Virus record (IMG/VR): IMGVR_UViG_3300009182_000039
Coordinates: 24,912 to 88,911 of that record
Source: a virus
Length of the DNA stretch: 64,000 bases
Direction: 5' to 3' (one strand)
How positions within the stretch are numbered: the stretch's first letter is position 1; each line of letters starts with the position of its first letter. The notes under the pieces are model-generated. The model was not told where the DNA came from, searched no databases, and worked only from the letters and a program-made list of their open reading frames with translations. Below, piece by piece: positions 27,943-42,000 of the stretch. The position numbers and the translations under genes were made by a program.

Positions 27943-29229
27943 TTATTTGATGGTTACAATAGCTTCAACGGTACCAATACCAGAATCTAATTTATTTACA
28001 AGTGATCGACCAATAACATTAAATGCCGTTGCTTCGCCTGCTTTAGCTGCTCTTGCCATACCAGCGCCTGCGGAAACTAAACGGTCACCTTTGTTGACTA
28101 CACCTGTAACTTGAACTGGCACACGACCTGTCATAGCCACCGGCGGGTGGGTTAAATCATTACCGGCTCCGTTATTCATCAAGTAAGCAGCGTTTGTACT
28201 GATAACTCCAAATACAGATTCACTTAGTTCTGTATTAGATTGAGTAATTTCAGCAATACCGCCTAGCTCAACTACTGTACCTGGAGCATATTCTGTATCG
28301 GCTTCAAAGCGTTCTGCCACGTCGGCATAATTAGCTGTAATTCCAAATTGACTACTTACAATGCCAGTGGAGCCATTAATTGTCAATGCTGTCGAAGGAG
28401 TACTTGCTTTATTAACGCTAAAATTAATATTACCATTTAAATCAGCATTACTTAAAGTAACTGTTGTACCCGAAACTCCTACAGCAAAATCATTACCAGC
28501 ACCTACAGATAAACCTGTGTTGTTAACTACTCTTAATGTTCCTGTTGTTGATGTATTAGCATCTGAACGCATAAATGAATTGCCATACACACCATTTAAT
28601 TGTAGTGCGTTGGTTGCTGTACCTGTGAACAACGGAACTTGTGAGTTAATTGTTGAAGCAAGCGTGATGCCTGGATAAACTTGTGTAAATCCTGGAATAG
28701 CTGTTTGCGGAGTAAACGCAGCATCTTCAGAAATAAATCCAATAATAGCATTATTAACATACAGTTCAACAACAACGTGAGATGTTGCTGTATTATCAAG
28801 GATTGTGGCAGGAATAGCACCAGTAATACCTGTAGTTGAATTGTAAATTGGGCCCACTAATAACCACGCTGTGCCGGTCCATACATTAAGTTGTTGTGTT
28901 GTAGTATTATACCACAAATCACCAGTAGAATTATTAGTTGGTGCTGAACTAGCTGACTGAGCTCCGCCTAATGATTTCCATCCAACGCCGTTATAAACTT
29001 GTAATACAGATGTAGTGGTATTAAACCATAACTGGCCTTTTAACGGAGTTGAAGGTGATGTGCTATTGGCGGCATTTTCTAATAAATGTACAAAATTGTC
29101 GTCTAAAAACTGACCGTATCCTGCGTAATTTTTACCAACCAATGTTTGCGAACAAGCTGTAGTGTTGATAGTTCCATCTGGTATTGTAGTTAAAACATTA
29201 CCATTTGTTAGATTAATTGTGTATGACAT
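27943..29229 (-). CDS. Tail fibre/baseplate protein with a C-terminal intramolecular-chaperone-like domain
   Basis: Repeated G(Q/D)LW(F/Y)NTTT..L.V motifs; YADVAERF...GVIST...GRVPV...KGDRLV. Confidence 0.7.
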   Translation of the reverse strand: MSYTINLTNGNVLTTIPDGTINTTACSQTLVGKNYAGYGQFLDDNFVHLLENAANSTSPSTPLKGQLWFNTTTSVLQVYNGVGWKSLGGAQSASSAPTNNSTGDLWYNTTTQQLNVWTGTAWLLVGPIYNSTTGITGAIPATILDNTATSHVVVELYVNNAIIGFISEDAAFTPQTAIPGFTQVYPGITLASTINSQVPLFTGTATNALQLNGVYGNSFMRSDANTSTTGTLRVVNNTGLSVGAGNDFAVGVSGTTVTLSNADLNGNINFSVNKASTPSTALTINGSTGIVSSQFGITANYADVAERFEADTEYAPGTVVELGGIAEITQSNTELSESVFGVISTNAAYLMNNGAGNDLTHPPVAMTGRVPVQVTGVVNKGDRLVSAGAGMARAAKAGEATAFNVIGRSLVNKLDSGIGTVEAIVTIK

Positions 29230-29278
29230 TTAGTTTACTCCGTCCTTTTTATTATTTATGGCCATTTAATATACATAT

Positions 29279-29887
29279 TTATGCGGCGCTTAAATTTGTT
29301 AATGTCTGTATTCTAAGGGTATAATCTATCTGAATTTGGCGATTTAAACTCTTTTGTACAGGATGAAAAATAACATGGGTAATTAGGAATAAATCAGTGG
29401 CTGAACCGTTCCAGCATTGTAATCCTAACTCATCAAAAACATATTCTCCATTAAAATTGGTGCTATTATCGAACGCTTGCTGGCCAGCAGGCTGTCCGTA
29501 GTCTAATAAACATGAAACTAGTATGTCTGTATATGGATTTCCTGAAGTGTGCAACACCGTCATATTGTTATTAGCGGGATCTAAATTATCAGCAGAATTG
29601 CCATCCACTACTTGAACGTATGTTTCGTTGTATAAACTAGCATTTTGTCCGGTGACATTAGGCGGCAAATATGTGATAACTCCTGTGGGATCTACAGCTG
29701 ATCCACCATTACCAAAAGCCATGGAATAAATCCAACCTTTACCTTGATCACTGAGTGTATTAGCCATAGCAATGCTAATATTTTCATAATTAATGGCGTT
29801 CTTTTTATCTACCAAAACTTCCCCAGTTGTGGGGTCGGTAATTTTAATAAATCCTTCTATCTTTGCTAAACCTGGCTGAATAATCAT
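29279..29887 (-). CDS. Virion structural protein (baseplate/collar-like)
   Basis: MAFGNGG, FDELGL, HPVQKSLNRQIQIDYTLRI; structural context. Confidence 0.6.
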   Translation of the reverse strand: MIIQPGLAKIEGFIKITDPTTGEVLVDKKNAINYENISIAMANTLSDQGKGWIYSMAFGNGGSAVDPTGVITYLPPNVTGQNASLYNETYVQVVDGNSADNLDPANNNMTVLHTSGNPYTDILVSCLLDYGQPAGQQAFDNSTNFNGEYVFDELGLQCWNGSATDLFLITHVIFHPVQKSLNRQIQIDYTLRIQTLTNLSAA

Positions 29888-30024
29888 GCTTTCTGCTCCA
29901 CAAATACTTTATGGGTCTGTGGATCAAAAATCTTCACAAAACCATCGACTGTTACAGAGCCCGTATCATTCGGACGCTTTTCAGGTTGAACTTGTTGCTG
30001 TTGTGTTGGTGTTTTATTTTCCAT
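29884..30024 (-). CDS. 46-aa protein not in the ORF track (MENKTPTQQQQVQPEKRPNDTGSVTVDGFVKIFDPQTHKVFVEQKA)
   Basis: TAAATA motif 7 nt upstream; ATGA overlap with the next gene; similar to that gene's N-terminus. Confidence 0.7.
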   Translation of the reverse strand: MENKTPTQQQQVQPEKRPNDTGSVTVDGFVKIFDPQTHKVFVEQKA

Positions 30025-30077
30025 CGTTCTTTATTTATTATGATTTATATCCATGTCAAACCTTATAGATATTTACC

Positions 30078-33000
30078 TTAATTTAGACCCCTTAAAAATA
30101 GCGCCGCAGGGTTATTGGTTTGCTGTAGCGGAACCCCATCGGATGCTGTCCCAACTCCTGGATTATACCAACTGACTCCGCGACGAACTATGATAGTAAC
30201 TTCAACCCCATCTGCTGGCGGAGTAGCAAAAGATACAATTATCGGAGTTAAGTTTGTTACTCCATACCCGCTAGTTTGTAACGCTCCGCCAAGATATACC
30301 TCTACAGTTTCTATATTACTACCCATACCTACGTCATAATTTCCATCACCTTCTGGATATGAATAATTTGTACTGTCATAAGGAATAGATCCAGTCCAAT
30401 CATTAGCATTATTAACAGTAATATCTGTAGTAAAGTTAGTAGTTGTGCCGTTGCCTAAGAAAGAATTAGTTTCAATATAATTTTGGAACTGTTCCGGCAT
30501 TAAATTGCCTCGGCCCATATTGTATACATAAGCACCAACGGCATGAGAATCTGCTCCGGTACCAGCTGTGCCACGCAATAAGCTACTAATAGTATTAGCT
30601 TCTATATCAATTTCACGATACATAATGCGCTCGCCGTTGATACTTACTACACCCCATATATTGGCAGCAAACTCAGGAATACTCAATGCGCCAGCGTTGA
30701 CTACATGAATGATATCATCGGTTGCTGTGACTGCTTCTGTCACTGTTGTAGTAGTAGAAGGGGTCATGCGATATGTAGCTTGCACACCGCGCATATCTTG
30801 GAATATTCTAAATTCCATAGATTCTGGAACTACTGAATTTGTAACGTTTGTTATTATAATAACATCAGTTGGACCAATTACTCCATTATTTAATGTTAAT
30901 GTGTTATCAACAATAGTATAATCTGTATAAGCTGTTAAGACTCTTCCATTTCTGGATACCCACGGCCGAGATATATCTGTATATGATTGATATAGTGTAA
31001 AGTCATTAAAATAAATTGTATCGCCTACTGTGGCATCAAATAATCCAGGATCAGCCGACGGAGCACCAGGAGGATTATCATATAAAGTTGAGTCATATTT
31101 TTCATAAATTGAAATACCTTGACTTACTGGCCCAACAAATATTTGTTGGGATAATCGTTGTTCGCGAGTATCATTAAATGTAGTAACTGAAATTATATCG
31201 CCTGCGTGTGGGACAATACCTGTTCCAGAAATAATTGTTAATGTATATGCCATTGGATCAATAATATATTGAGCCGTTACATCAACCGCAACATATACTT
31301 CAGCACCGTCAGCTGGAGCAGTATCTAACACTATATCAGGATAAGCGAATATATATGTAGCTGGCTCTTGTAGTATGCCATCGACATAAACACTTAAATT
31401 ATCTTTAATAATAGTAGTTGGATCAACTCCTAATCTAGTAGGTAACGCAAATGCATCATTTGTGCCATCACCTACACTAGGTTTTCCTGCACTGCCACTA
31501 GCAGTAATGCCACCAATAGTAACTATAGCAGTTACTGGATTTGTATATTCTAAACTAATTGTTGGATCTAAATCATACTCTAGTTGTCCCGTTGTAGGAA
31601 CTGTTATAGTTTGAGTTACTGGTATACTCCAGCTATAATTTGTAGTAACGCTATCAATTGTAGTAGGGCTAATGGCTACTAAACTAATAAAATCATCCGA
31701 AGCATAAGTAGAATCAAAAGTTAACGTTGTAGTATTAAAGGCTGTGCCGGCTTCGTATGAATATTCTGTAGTTGGTACGCAACTTCCATTTACGAAAATA
31801 ACAAATTCTTGTATCAAACTATACTGTACTGGTACTGTTAAAGAATTTCCAACATCGGCACCGTTGTATATATTTTTGTAAAGCTGATTCCCGCCACCAA
31901 CTTGATATACATAAATGCCTAATTGATCGCCGTTAGCAACCAACGACGAGGAATTTAAAATAGTAAATGTTTGATTTACCCAATTGACTGTATAATCAGT
32001 ACCTTCATTTAAATTATAACCTTGTGTTACATCTGTAATTTCTAAATCTGCTGGGAACGATTGTAATCCATCAAAACTTATAGTTGGATTTACACTATCG
32101 TATATAACTTGTAGTGTTCCTTGTGCAAACCCGTGTCCTAATCCTTGCCAGTCGGCCCCAGGAGTAGTATAAACTCGAAGATCTAAAGTGTCAAACTCGA
32201 TACCAGGAACTAATTCTTCTGGTGCGTGGCTTTCGTAGGCATCAACATACTTACCGCCATCAATATTAATGTCGGATGGCCGAGTACCCAAGTATGGATC
32301 AAGATAACTACTTTGGAATATAGTATCAAGTATACCCAAATCGTATGTAGGTTGGCCGTTTGGATCTAATGAAATGTTATCGAATGGGTTAATATCAAAA
32401 TTACCGCGGTCAAAACCAGTGTCTTGGTCAAATCTTACAGCAGCAACTTGTACACCTGGGTAATCAATGCCGTCAATCAGTAATGGCAACGACAATCCAG
32501 GAGTATTAACTGTACTTACATAAAAACCCATTGTGCGATCAGCACCACTTAATACACCAGCATCAACTTGTAACCATTCTGCTGGATCAAACACAGAATT
32601 TGTTACTGATCCACTAGTGCTATCGGCGGCCCAGACCAGATTATCGTAGCGAACTTGTGTTCCATTTTCATATGTTATGTTGGCTTCCCAGTCGATAATA
32701 GTCGATTGATATTCGCAACGGTCATATTTAATTGTAGTATTGAAAGAACGAACTAACGAGTTGTTCATAATAGTTACTGCTTGAGCAATTTGTCCTACAA
32801 ATGTCAATTCCGCTGTTCCATTAACTTCAGTAGCTGTGCCAATTGGTTCTACATTACCTAAAATGCCGGCAGTATCAACTACATAAATGTTATTCCATGA
32901 TGTAATAATATTTTCATTCTCTACAACCGATATTCCTGCAGCCCACGGTGTAGGATCGCCAGGTAATCCACCGCCACTAATGGTAATAATTGCATCCGTA

Positions 33001-36000
33001 CTATAACCTGATCCTGGATTTACAACAATAATTTCAATTACTTGTCCAGCAGGATTAATAATAGCTGTCATAGTAGCTTGTGTGATACAAGTTCCTGTTA
33101 CAGTAACTACTGGTACCGAGGTATAGCCAGAACCACTATTAACAATACTAACAGCTTGAATGCTTAATAAATAATTTTCAAACCATTGACTATACAAACT
33201 TGGCAATTGCCATATTTGAGCATTGGGAGCAGTATTACTAGCATTTGAATGATAAGCAGTAATAGCTTCTGTGTATGGGGTTAGTATCGGACTTACAAAT
33301 TGCGATACTGGCAGCGATGAATTCCAATAAGCTGGCAAATCATAATCGGTAATATCGCCTAAGAAGTCATCTTCTCCAGTATAAATTAAATTAAATTGGC
33401 GCACTTGTACGTGATACGGTTTAATTTCTTGAAAATAATTTATAACAAAGTCTTGGTTATCGGCAAGATATGTTTGATAGGGTTTTAATGAACGAATTTC
33501 GTGATTTACATCAACATAACTAGTTTTAACTAACCAAGAGGGATCAGTAAATTCACTATAAACATAATTAAAGATTAAAATTAAACTGCTATTTCTTTCA
33601 AATAATAAATCGCCAATATAAATTTCTTCATTCAACGCACGAAGAATGTAACGTGTTTCAGTTTGCGGAGTTTCATCAAAATATAATGAATCAAATACTT
33701 GAGCATCAAATCCAAAATTTCCAACAGTATAGTTCCATAATTCTTCTTTAAATGCAATGGTGCCATCTTCTAACCCAACACGAGTCCAATCCTTAACTAA
33801 GTCAATGCCTGTTCTTAAATATATTTCCCATTTGCCGGCACCATTACTTATAACTCGCACAGAAGAACCCACTGGTACTGTTTCATAACTTAATGTTGCC
33901 AATTGAGAATAATTTTGAACAGCCGCTACTGGTGAAAGTGTAGAATTATAACCTGGTAAGTACCAATTAATATAATACCAATATTCGGGTGTGTCGTAAC
34001 TTTGGACGCGAATTAACGCTAATGTTTGTCCTGTTTGAACTTCATAAATTGTCCAGCGGCCAAATTGACTACTGTCCGACAATACAAGATATTTGTAGCC
34101 TACTGGAACTATACTGAGATTTTGATAGCCTAAAATTTCTAAATTGGCTACTTTATAATCCCATGCGCCACTATTTGCTTGTGGAATTGATTCAGCGGCA
34201 TTTAATAAATTAAAACTTCGAGTTTCAGAAATTGGGTATTGTGCTAATATTGTATTTGCCCGGCCTAAATAATTTTCCAAAGCTGTAAATCTATCAGTCA
34301 CCATACTTTGACGGGGTCGGAATTGCACTCCATAACGCATACCAAAACTTAAATTAGGATCCGGCACAGCACTACCTGCAGTGTCAACCCCGCATAAACT
34401 ATCTAAAAATTTACGATATAGGTTTGAATTTAAGAACGATTTAGCTACACCATCTTTAATAATTTGATATTCTTGATGGATTACTGCGTCGTTAAGTTTA
34501 CGGTCAAACCCAATACTTAAAATAGTATTTGTTGCGTTTAATAAACTTTGTGCGTTGTAAATAGCAATGGTACTAGCATTAAGTCCAGCAATATATGGTA
34601 ATCCACTGCTACGAGGATCGGTAATATAGCTAGCCACACCACTAGGACTTAATGTTTTTCCGGCACCAGTAGAAATAGTTGTAATTCCTCTTACCCAGAA
34701 ATAATAAAATGTAGTAAAAATATTATTTGTGCCTAGCTGCGAAGTTACACAATAACTTGTGGTACTAAGTGGTGTACCTTGTCCAGTATAGCCAGCTGGT
34801 GGATTAGAACTTTCTACCCATTGATAAATGTCCACTCTACTTCCTGGGAATATTGATCCCCAACGGCGACTAGCATATACTATATCATCTTGATTTGGAT
34901 CAATAAATCTTACAGTATCAGTATCCCACCACATTTGTCCAATACGTTCACGACCCCAAGATTGACCATTATTATGGACTGATCCTTGATTATATTGAGC
35001 TGGATCTACGGCACCAATATAATTAATGTTGCTTCGAGCTACTCCTAATATTTTACCTTGTAGTGGATCAAAGAAATCAAAATATGTTTGTGCTTGCCCA
35101 GTAACCGTAGTGTTAACTCCGGCCGCTTGTTCTCCGTTATAAGAAAATACTCCGTCGATAGCGTAGACATCAACTACAGGTTGTTGTACTCTTATCGGAG
35201 CCCAAGCTGGCGTATCATTTAAATTTTTAAATATTGTAACATAACCCGAGTTTGTTGTTTCATAAATCGTACCGCCAGTTGCCCCGACCATTAATTTGCC
35301 ACTTGTATAATTTACTGCGGTTCCAAAAAAGTTACCAGATTGTACTTTGCTATTATAAATTTGTTGCCCAAACGCAAATTGTCCAGGATTTTTAATACTA
35401 CTTTGACTACTTGGGAAATAATCAAAAGTATATGCTACTCCACCATTGTTAACTGGATTAAAGAATGTTGTGCTATGTTCATCAAAATATGTTTGGCCGG
35501 CATCAAAAGTTGTTGGTTCATAAACGTCGCCGTTCGGAGACCCGACAATTAGATTAACTGCGCTAGTGTCAATGCTTAAACTTGCTCCAAATTGTCCATT
35601 GAATGCTGGCAGCGGGCTTAATATTTGTTGAGTAAACACAAGAGTATTAAATCCTAGTTGGTTGAAAACAGAGGCTACTGTCCCGGGCAGTACTGTAATT
35701 AAATTATACGGTGTACCGGCATCAATATTTTTTACAGATAATGTTAATCTTCCTGATACAACAGTTATAATTCTCCCAGTTGTCGGGGCATAAACAAAAT
35801 AAATGTTTTCTGTGACAGGATCATAAGAATAATCAGTACCGGCGATTTGTAATATGTTGTCTAGGTATACTACAGTTGTGTAAGAACTAGCATCAGAATA
35901 TAAAGTTCCAATATTAAAAATTTTAGTGATGCCATCTGCTACAAATTCTAAATCAGAAGTTAATGTGGCTAAAACATTTGGTATATTAGCAGAGTTAATT

Positions 36001-39000
36001 GCAGCAACAAACCCGGCTATTGTATTATTCAAGCCAGTAGGAACCGATACCTGTGTATCATTAATACGCAATGTTCCATTAGCAGTGAGCGTTGGATTGG
36101 CAATTGTAGAGGTTGTGATTCCGTAAACTCTTGATTGATTAATTTGATAATCTACCGATCCAGATAAATCAGTATAGGTACTATCAAATGGAGCTCCGAC
36201 GTATAAACTGCAATTTAATGGACATGAATCAACAGCAAATCCATATTGTGCGTTTTCGTTAACTGTATTACTAGTTAAAGTTTGAATTTGACTTATTTGA
36301 TTTGTTTCAATTTCAATTATATCACCGTAGTTGAATATTATATTAGAAAATACAATATCATTACCATCTACAGTAAATTGTCCGCTTGGCGATTGCTCAA
36401 TAGTTAATAAGAAAATTCCATTTACACTTACAGCGACTGGTCCAGTAACATTTCCAGGAACAATATATGTTGTTTGTGATGGAGTTGATACTACATAACG
36501 TAGAACACTTCTATCAAACACATATACAGTTCCAGTTTCTGTTAAACTATTAGTATCGGTTTTTGGGGCGCCGATCATTATTTGTCTGCCATCGGTAGTG
36601 GCTGCTATACTAGCACCAAAATTATCTCCAGACATCGAATCAGGAGTAGTAATACTTAAAACATATTGCCAATAAGTTGAAGTAGACGCAATAATTTTTG
36701 CGCCGGCGGGTGGTATTGTTATAAATGTTAAAACTGTAGTATTTGAATTGAATGTATAATCTAAATAAGGGCGTTGTACTACATCATTTACTCTAATAAC
36801 GACATTGTTAATAGATGTAGCATTATACAAATATTGATTTAATGTAAAATTATTTGTATTACTAATTCCAGAGCCAGAATAAGAAAATCCAATTATTTGA
36901 CCTAGTATATTAATACCTGTTACAGTTATAACTAAATTATTAGCAGGAGTTGCCCCGCCTATTTGCGAACCGTTGATTGTAAGTGTATTGCCCACCGCAT
37001 AATTTTGGCCGCCAAATTCTAATGTGGGATAATATACTCCTCTTATAACTTCAACTGTGAAGAGTGCCCCGGTTCCTACACCAGTTGCTGTATTTTGATG
37101 AATAGTATAATAAAAATACTCATCTAATTGTTTAGCTAGGTTACGAGCTATTACTAATGTTTGGCCGTTTACGGGAGGATTAGTGAATATTAAATTATTT
37201 TGATTTAATGTATAATCTACCCCATAAGTTAATCTAGTTTTGTTAAGAGTAACTATTAACTGATTAGGATAGGTATAGTCAATCTGTATTGCGTTAGAAT
37301 ATTCATATATTGATGCGCTATCGGCTGTGGTATATTCAATAGCTTGTGTTTCTACCATTACTTTTTCGTAAGCATATACAGTATTAGCGCCAGGAGCGCC
37401 TATGTACATCCAGTTTTCATCAAGACTAACTATACCCGATGTGCCAAAGCCAATAGGGTCAAAATTTTGGTCAGGTGGTACTAATAACTGTGATATAGTA
37501 ATAGTATTTGTGCCGGCTTCTCTATAAATTACTGCAGCATATCCCATACCAGACAGACTAGTATTAGCACCGACTACTGCCCAATTTGATTTACCAAACG
37601 ATATCATATTACCAAAGTTACTAGTATCACTAACGCCTAAACTTATAGTTCTACTAAATTGATAATCACTCAATGGATCTTTAAAATATGCTAGTACTGT
37701 TCCTACCCCGTTCGCGCCGTTTGGTGCTCCAACTAACGCAAAAAGATTGTTTTGTGTTTGTGCTACACTTGCGCCAAACTGATTGTTTGCTGATAACCCA
37801 GGAGTAATGGTTGAACTTGTAATAAACGGAGCTTGTTTTTGGACCGTCTCCCAGTGGCCGTTGCCATCGTTATCTACCCAAGCAATGGCACCGGGCACTA
37901 AACTGTTTACATATGGCAATGTTGAAATATCGCTTGCTTGACTTACTCTAGCACTTTGCAAATCAAGTACTAATCCTGTGCCAGTAACCGTTGTTATATT
38001 TGTATTTGTAAAACTATACGAAATAGTAATAGTAGTCGGCGAGGGGCTTGATAAAACACGATAGACACCATTAACAGCATCATTAAAATATTTAATAATA
38101 ATTAAAGCGCCTGCTGACAAATTGTGTGCGGCACTAAACTGAACAATACTTGTACCATTTAAATTATCAGTAAGTTGAGTCATTTGACCGTTTACAGCCG
38201 TACAGCGATATACTCCCCAATTATAAGGATTAATTTTAGCAATCCAGATGTAAGTACCAATACCTATACTATTAATCTTAGCATCAATTGCAGTAGGATC
38301 GTCAAGACTGAATACAGTAACGTCAACATCATCTAAACATACATAACCAGCAGAAGGTAATGCAGTTGGAATATTACTGCCTTCGTAGGTAGTAGGTAAA
38401 ATTTCAGTAGATGTAATGTTGTAACTTTCTCTCCATAAATTTTTTAAATAAATTTGTTGGTTAGCTTGACTTGTTTCTCCAGGATTAATAATTTGTATTG
38501 TTGATGGGTTATACGACAATAACGATGCGTCCAATTGAATATCAAAATAACTCTTATTAGCTTGAGCGCCGTATGTTCCTGCTAAGACTCCCCAGTTTTC
38601 ATAGACATTATAGGCTCCACTTTCTTTGCCGCCTAATAGTGTAGAGTTAAATATTTCTGCTGCTTGTAATGTCCCTTTAGTTCCAATAAATTGTTGATAA
38701 AGCTGTACCTGGGTTACTCCGTTTAGATTCATCTCGCTCATATATTGTCGAGGACGGAATCCAATTAGTCCAAATGCAAACAAATCATTATCAGAAGTTA
38801 AATTTGCTTGGTAAACATCATAAGATGTAGTTAATTGATCAGCTTTATTAGCTAGGTTAGGTAATAATCCCTTGTCAATTGCTTGAAAATCGCTCTTGAC
38901 CCAGTCGTTATAATTAAATGTTTCTTGCGGTTCACTAATTGTAATAGCTTGCCAATATGTATTTTTATATAATACAATTTCACCTTTAGTGTATTTGGTA

Positions 39001-42000
39001 TAGGCTTTCCATTGCTCAACATTGTTTAAATTAAGAATAAATCCTTGGGCGTTAAGTTGACCGTCCCATTCTGTTGTAGTGGAGGCTATTAGACTTAATC
39101 GAATTTGTCGTGCGGCTGTAACCGGATCATAAATTAAATCGTTAAACTGTGTTGTGTTATCTAGCACAATCATATCTTCATAGTTTGTAAACTTTAATGT
39201 AAGATAATTAATTGTTTGATTGTTGGTGGTAGTAATTGAAAATTCATTTCCGTTTCGATATACAATTAAATTTTTAACATCCAATACCGATTGGTTCTGG
39301 TCTAATAACATATTTTCTGGAGTTATACTAGCGACAGTATCAACAATACTAATTGGTTGTGCGGCTGTAATAGTTGTGGCGCAAGGATTTAAATTAATTA
39401 TAGTGCCGTCGTCCCAGCCCTGAGTAGCAAAATTTAAAAATTCTGCTGCCATTTGTTTCCAATTTAAAGTGTATCCATTGTAAACATTATTAAAAATTAG
39501 TCCTTGACTTGATAACCAAGCCCCGTAACTTAATAAAAAGTCGCATACACTAGCAGTAGTTGTGAATACATAACCATAAGGTATTTGTCTTGTTTTATCA
39601 GTGTACTGCGAAGGAATTTGTACTGTGGCATTGCCTGCTGTAACAGTTTCATATAACCCAACTGGGCTACTTACTAAAATTTCAAAATAAGGTTGGACAT
39701 TGCTATATCCAAATACAGAATATCCTACTCCGCCAGAACTTAATTGTTGTACTTGCACAATTACAGAACTATATGTAATTTGATTAAACGGTTGATTTTT
39801 ATAAAATAGTAAATTATAACTTGTAGACGGAATTACTAATCCATTATTAGTAGAATTAGGTCCGGCTCGATCAGTAGATATTTGTACATACACTGGATCA
39901 GAAAATGATGCCATACGATAACACAATCTAACATCTAAATTAGCCAAGTCGGCAGTTAATTCCGAGGTGCTATTAACTCCAGATTGCTGATTGTAATCTA
40001 CAATCCAGTTAATATAAGATGCTTTACTTACACCATTACCGTATACTTGAACGCCCGACGCATCTAAACGATAGCGGTTGTTTAGTAAATATTGGCCTAA
40101 TGTAGTGTTATATCTGTATAAATCTCTGTCGGCATATAATGAGAAAAATTGTGCGGGTTTAGTTAATACCAGCATACGCATAATAGCAAATGGGTAAGAA
40201 CTACTATTCCACCAAGATGCTTGAACTGGGCCACCGTCACCGGCTACCCAAGATTGTTGGAATCCATACGGGTCATTTCGACCCATTATACATTCATCTG
40301 GCGGCAATAATTCGCCTTCTGAGCCAGCTGGAATAATTTTGCTTAATCCTGGACGAATATATTCAGGAAGAATATATGGACCAGCAGGATCTCCAACAAT
40401 ACCAGCTTCTAAATCGTCCCATAAAACAGTATTACCGGAAGTATATGGAGACGGGCCGTAACGCAACACCCACCAGGCTGGTTCTTCCGTAAACCCAACC
40501 ATTTCCCACGGTGTAGAATTAGGGGTTTCTGTGTCATAAAAATAACGATAGATTCCGCGCCAGTTACCTTGGAGGAAAGAATCTTGATTAATACGATTGG
40601 CAGCATTAATATAATTCCATGTAAAGGGATTGTTTGCTACATAATTTTGTTGTGTATAATCTACTCGATTCTGCCCAACCCAGCTTAAAAAATCTTCGTT
40701 CATTATCTCATTGACTTCTGAGTAAGTGTAAGGCGTTTTACGGAAAAAGCCTGGCAATAATGCTGTAGTTTGTGCTGGGTAAAATAATGGATCAACTTCA
40801 TCAGTAGACAACGGAATTGGATTGTCGTCTACTTTAATATTATCATATATACGTTTTTCAAATTCAAGTAATACTTGGTCGCGAACGTCGCCGAAGGCAA
40901 TAGTAATACTACCATCGTGCCCTTGAATTACTGGGGTTGGTTCAGAATAAGTATCGTCGATAAAAATACTCGGAGTATATTTTGGATACAGACCCATCTT
41001 ACTCGGTGTATTAGGACACCAGCTAGCTAATGTTGTAGGATATTCGGTAATAGTGACAACATCATTAACATTTAATGGAATTAAAATTCTTAATTTAAGT
41101 GCATCTACAGACACAACATACTGACTTCCACGAACTAATAATACATTGTTTACATAAACTAACAATCCAAGATAATTTGATGATGTAAAATCATATGATT
41201 GTGTTGTATTAAAAACTGAAGTTGTAATAGGATTTACTACCGTTGTAGTTGATGTATAATTAGTGCCTACCGGTAGCATGTCTGACCAATAAAATGGATC
41301 AATGTTTGTTAAACTCTGGGTAATATTGTTTATACTTAAATCAAGTATTTGTGCTACTGTTTCTGACCCGTTAAGATCTAATTGTGTAACCGCAGTTAAT
41401 AATTTATTTTTATATTTAATATATTCCCGACTATTATATTGTAGTGCAGCAAAAATATTATAATTTGGTGCTCGTAAAAAATATCCTGCTAATGTTAAGG
41501 GCGAAGATTGTTGTAATATCAATTGGCCATAGGGAATAATATTCCCTAAATCGCGAGTGTTATTTCTTCCGTTTATAGGACCTTGAAGCTTAGTTAAATT
41601 TTCACAAATTGTAGTATAATGAGTACGAACTGTACCTAAACTAAATTGCGGAGAATTTCCGTTAAACGGATTATTTTCAAGGTTAATTGGAACTTCGTAA
41701 AAACCTTGTGCGCTGATTTGTTCGCTATAAACTAATACTTCAATAACGTCACCGATAACATATCCTGTACCATTTAATGTAATCGTCGATGTGTTTGTAG
41801 TAGAATTAACCGAAAGTGTATATGTCGACGGAGTTTGGTATACATTATTAATAAAAACTTGAGCTGGAGGAACATCCAACACAGTTTCAATTAATACATC
41901 AAATTGTAATGGTGTGCCTGAATATGTAAATTGAAATTGTTGACGAGCTAACGATGGTATAGCCGCTGTTTGCCAACCAATCTCTCGGTTAAATGTGATG

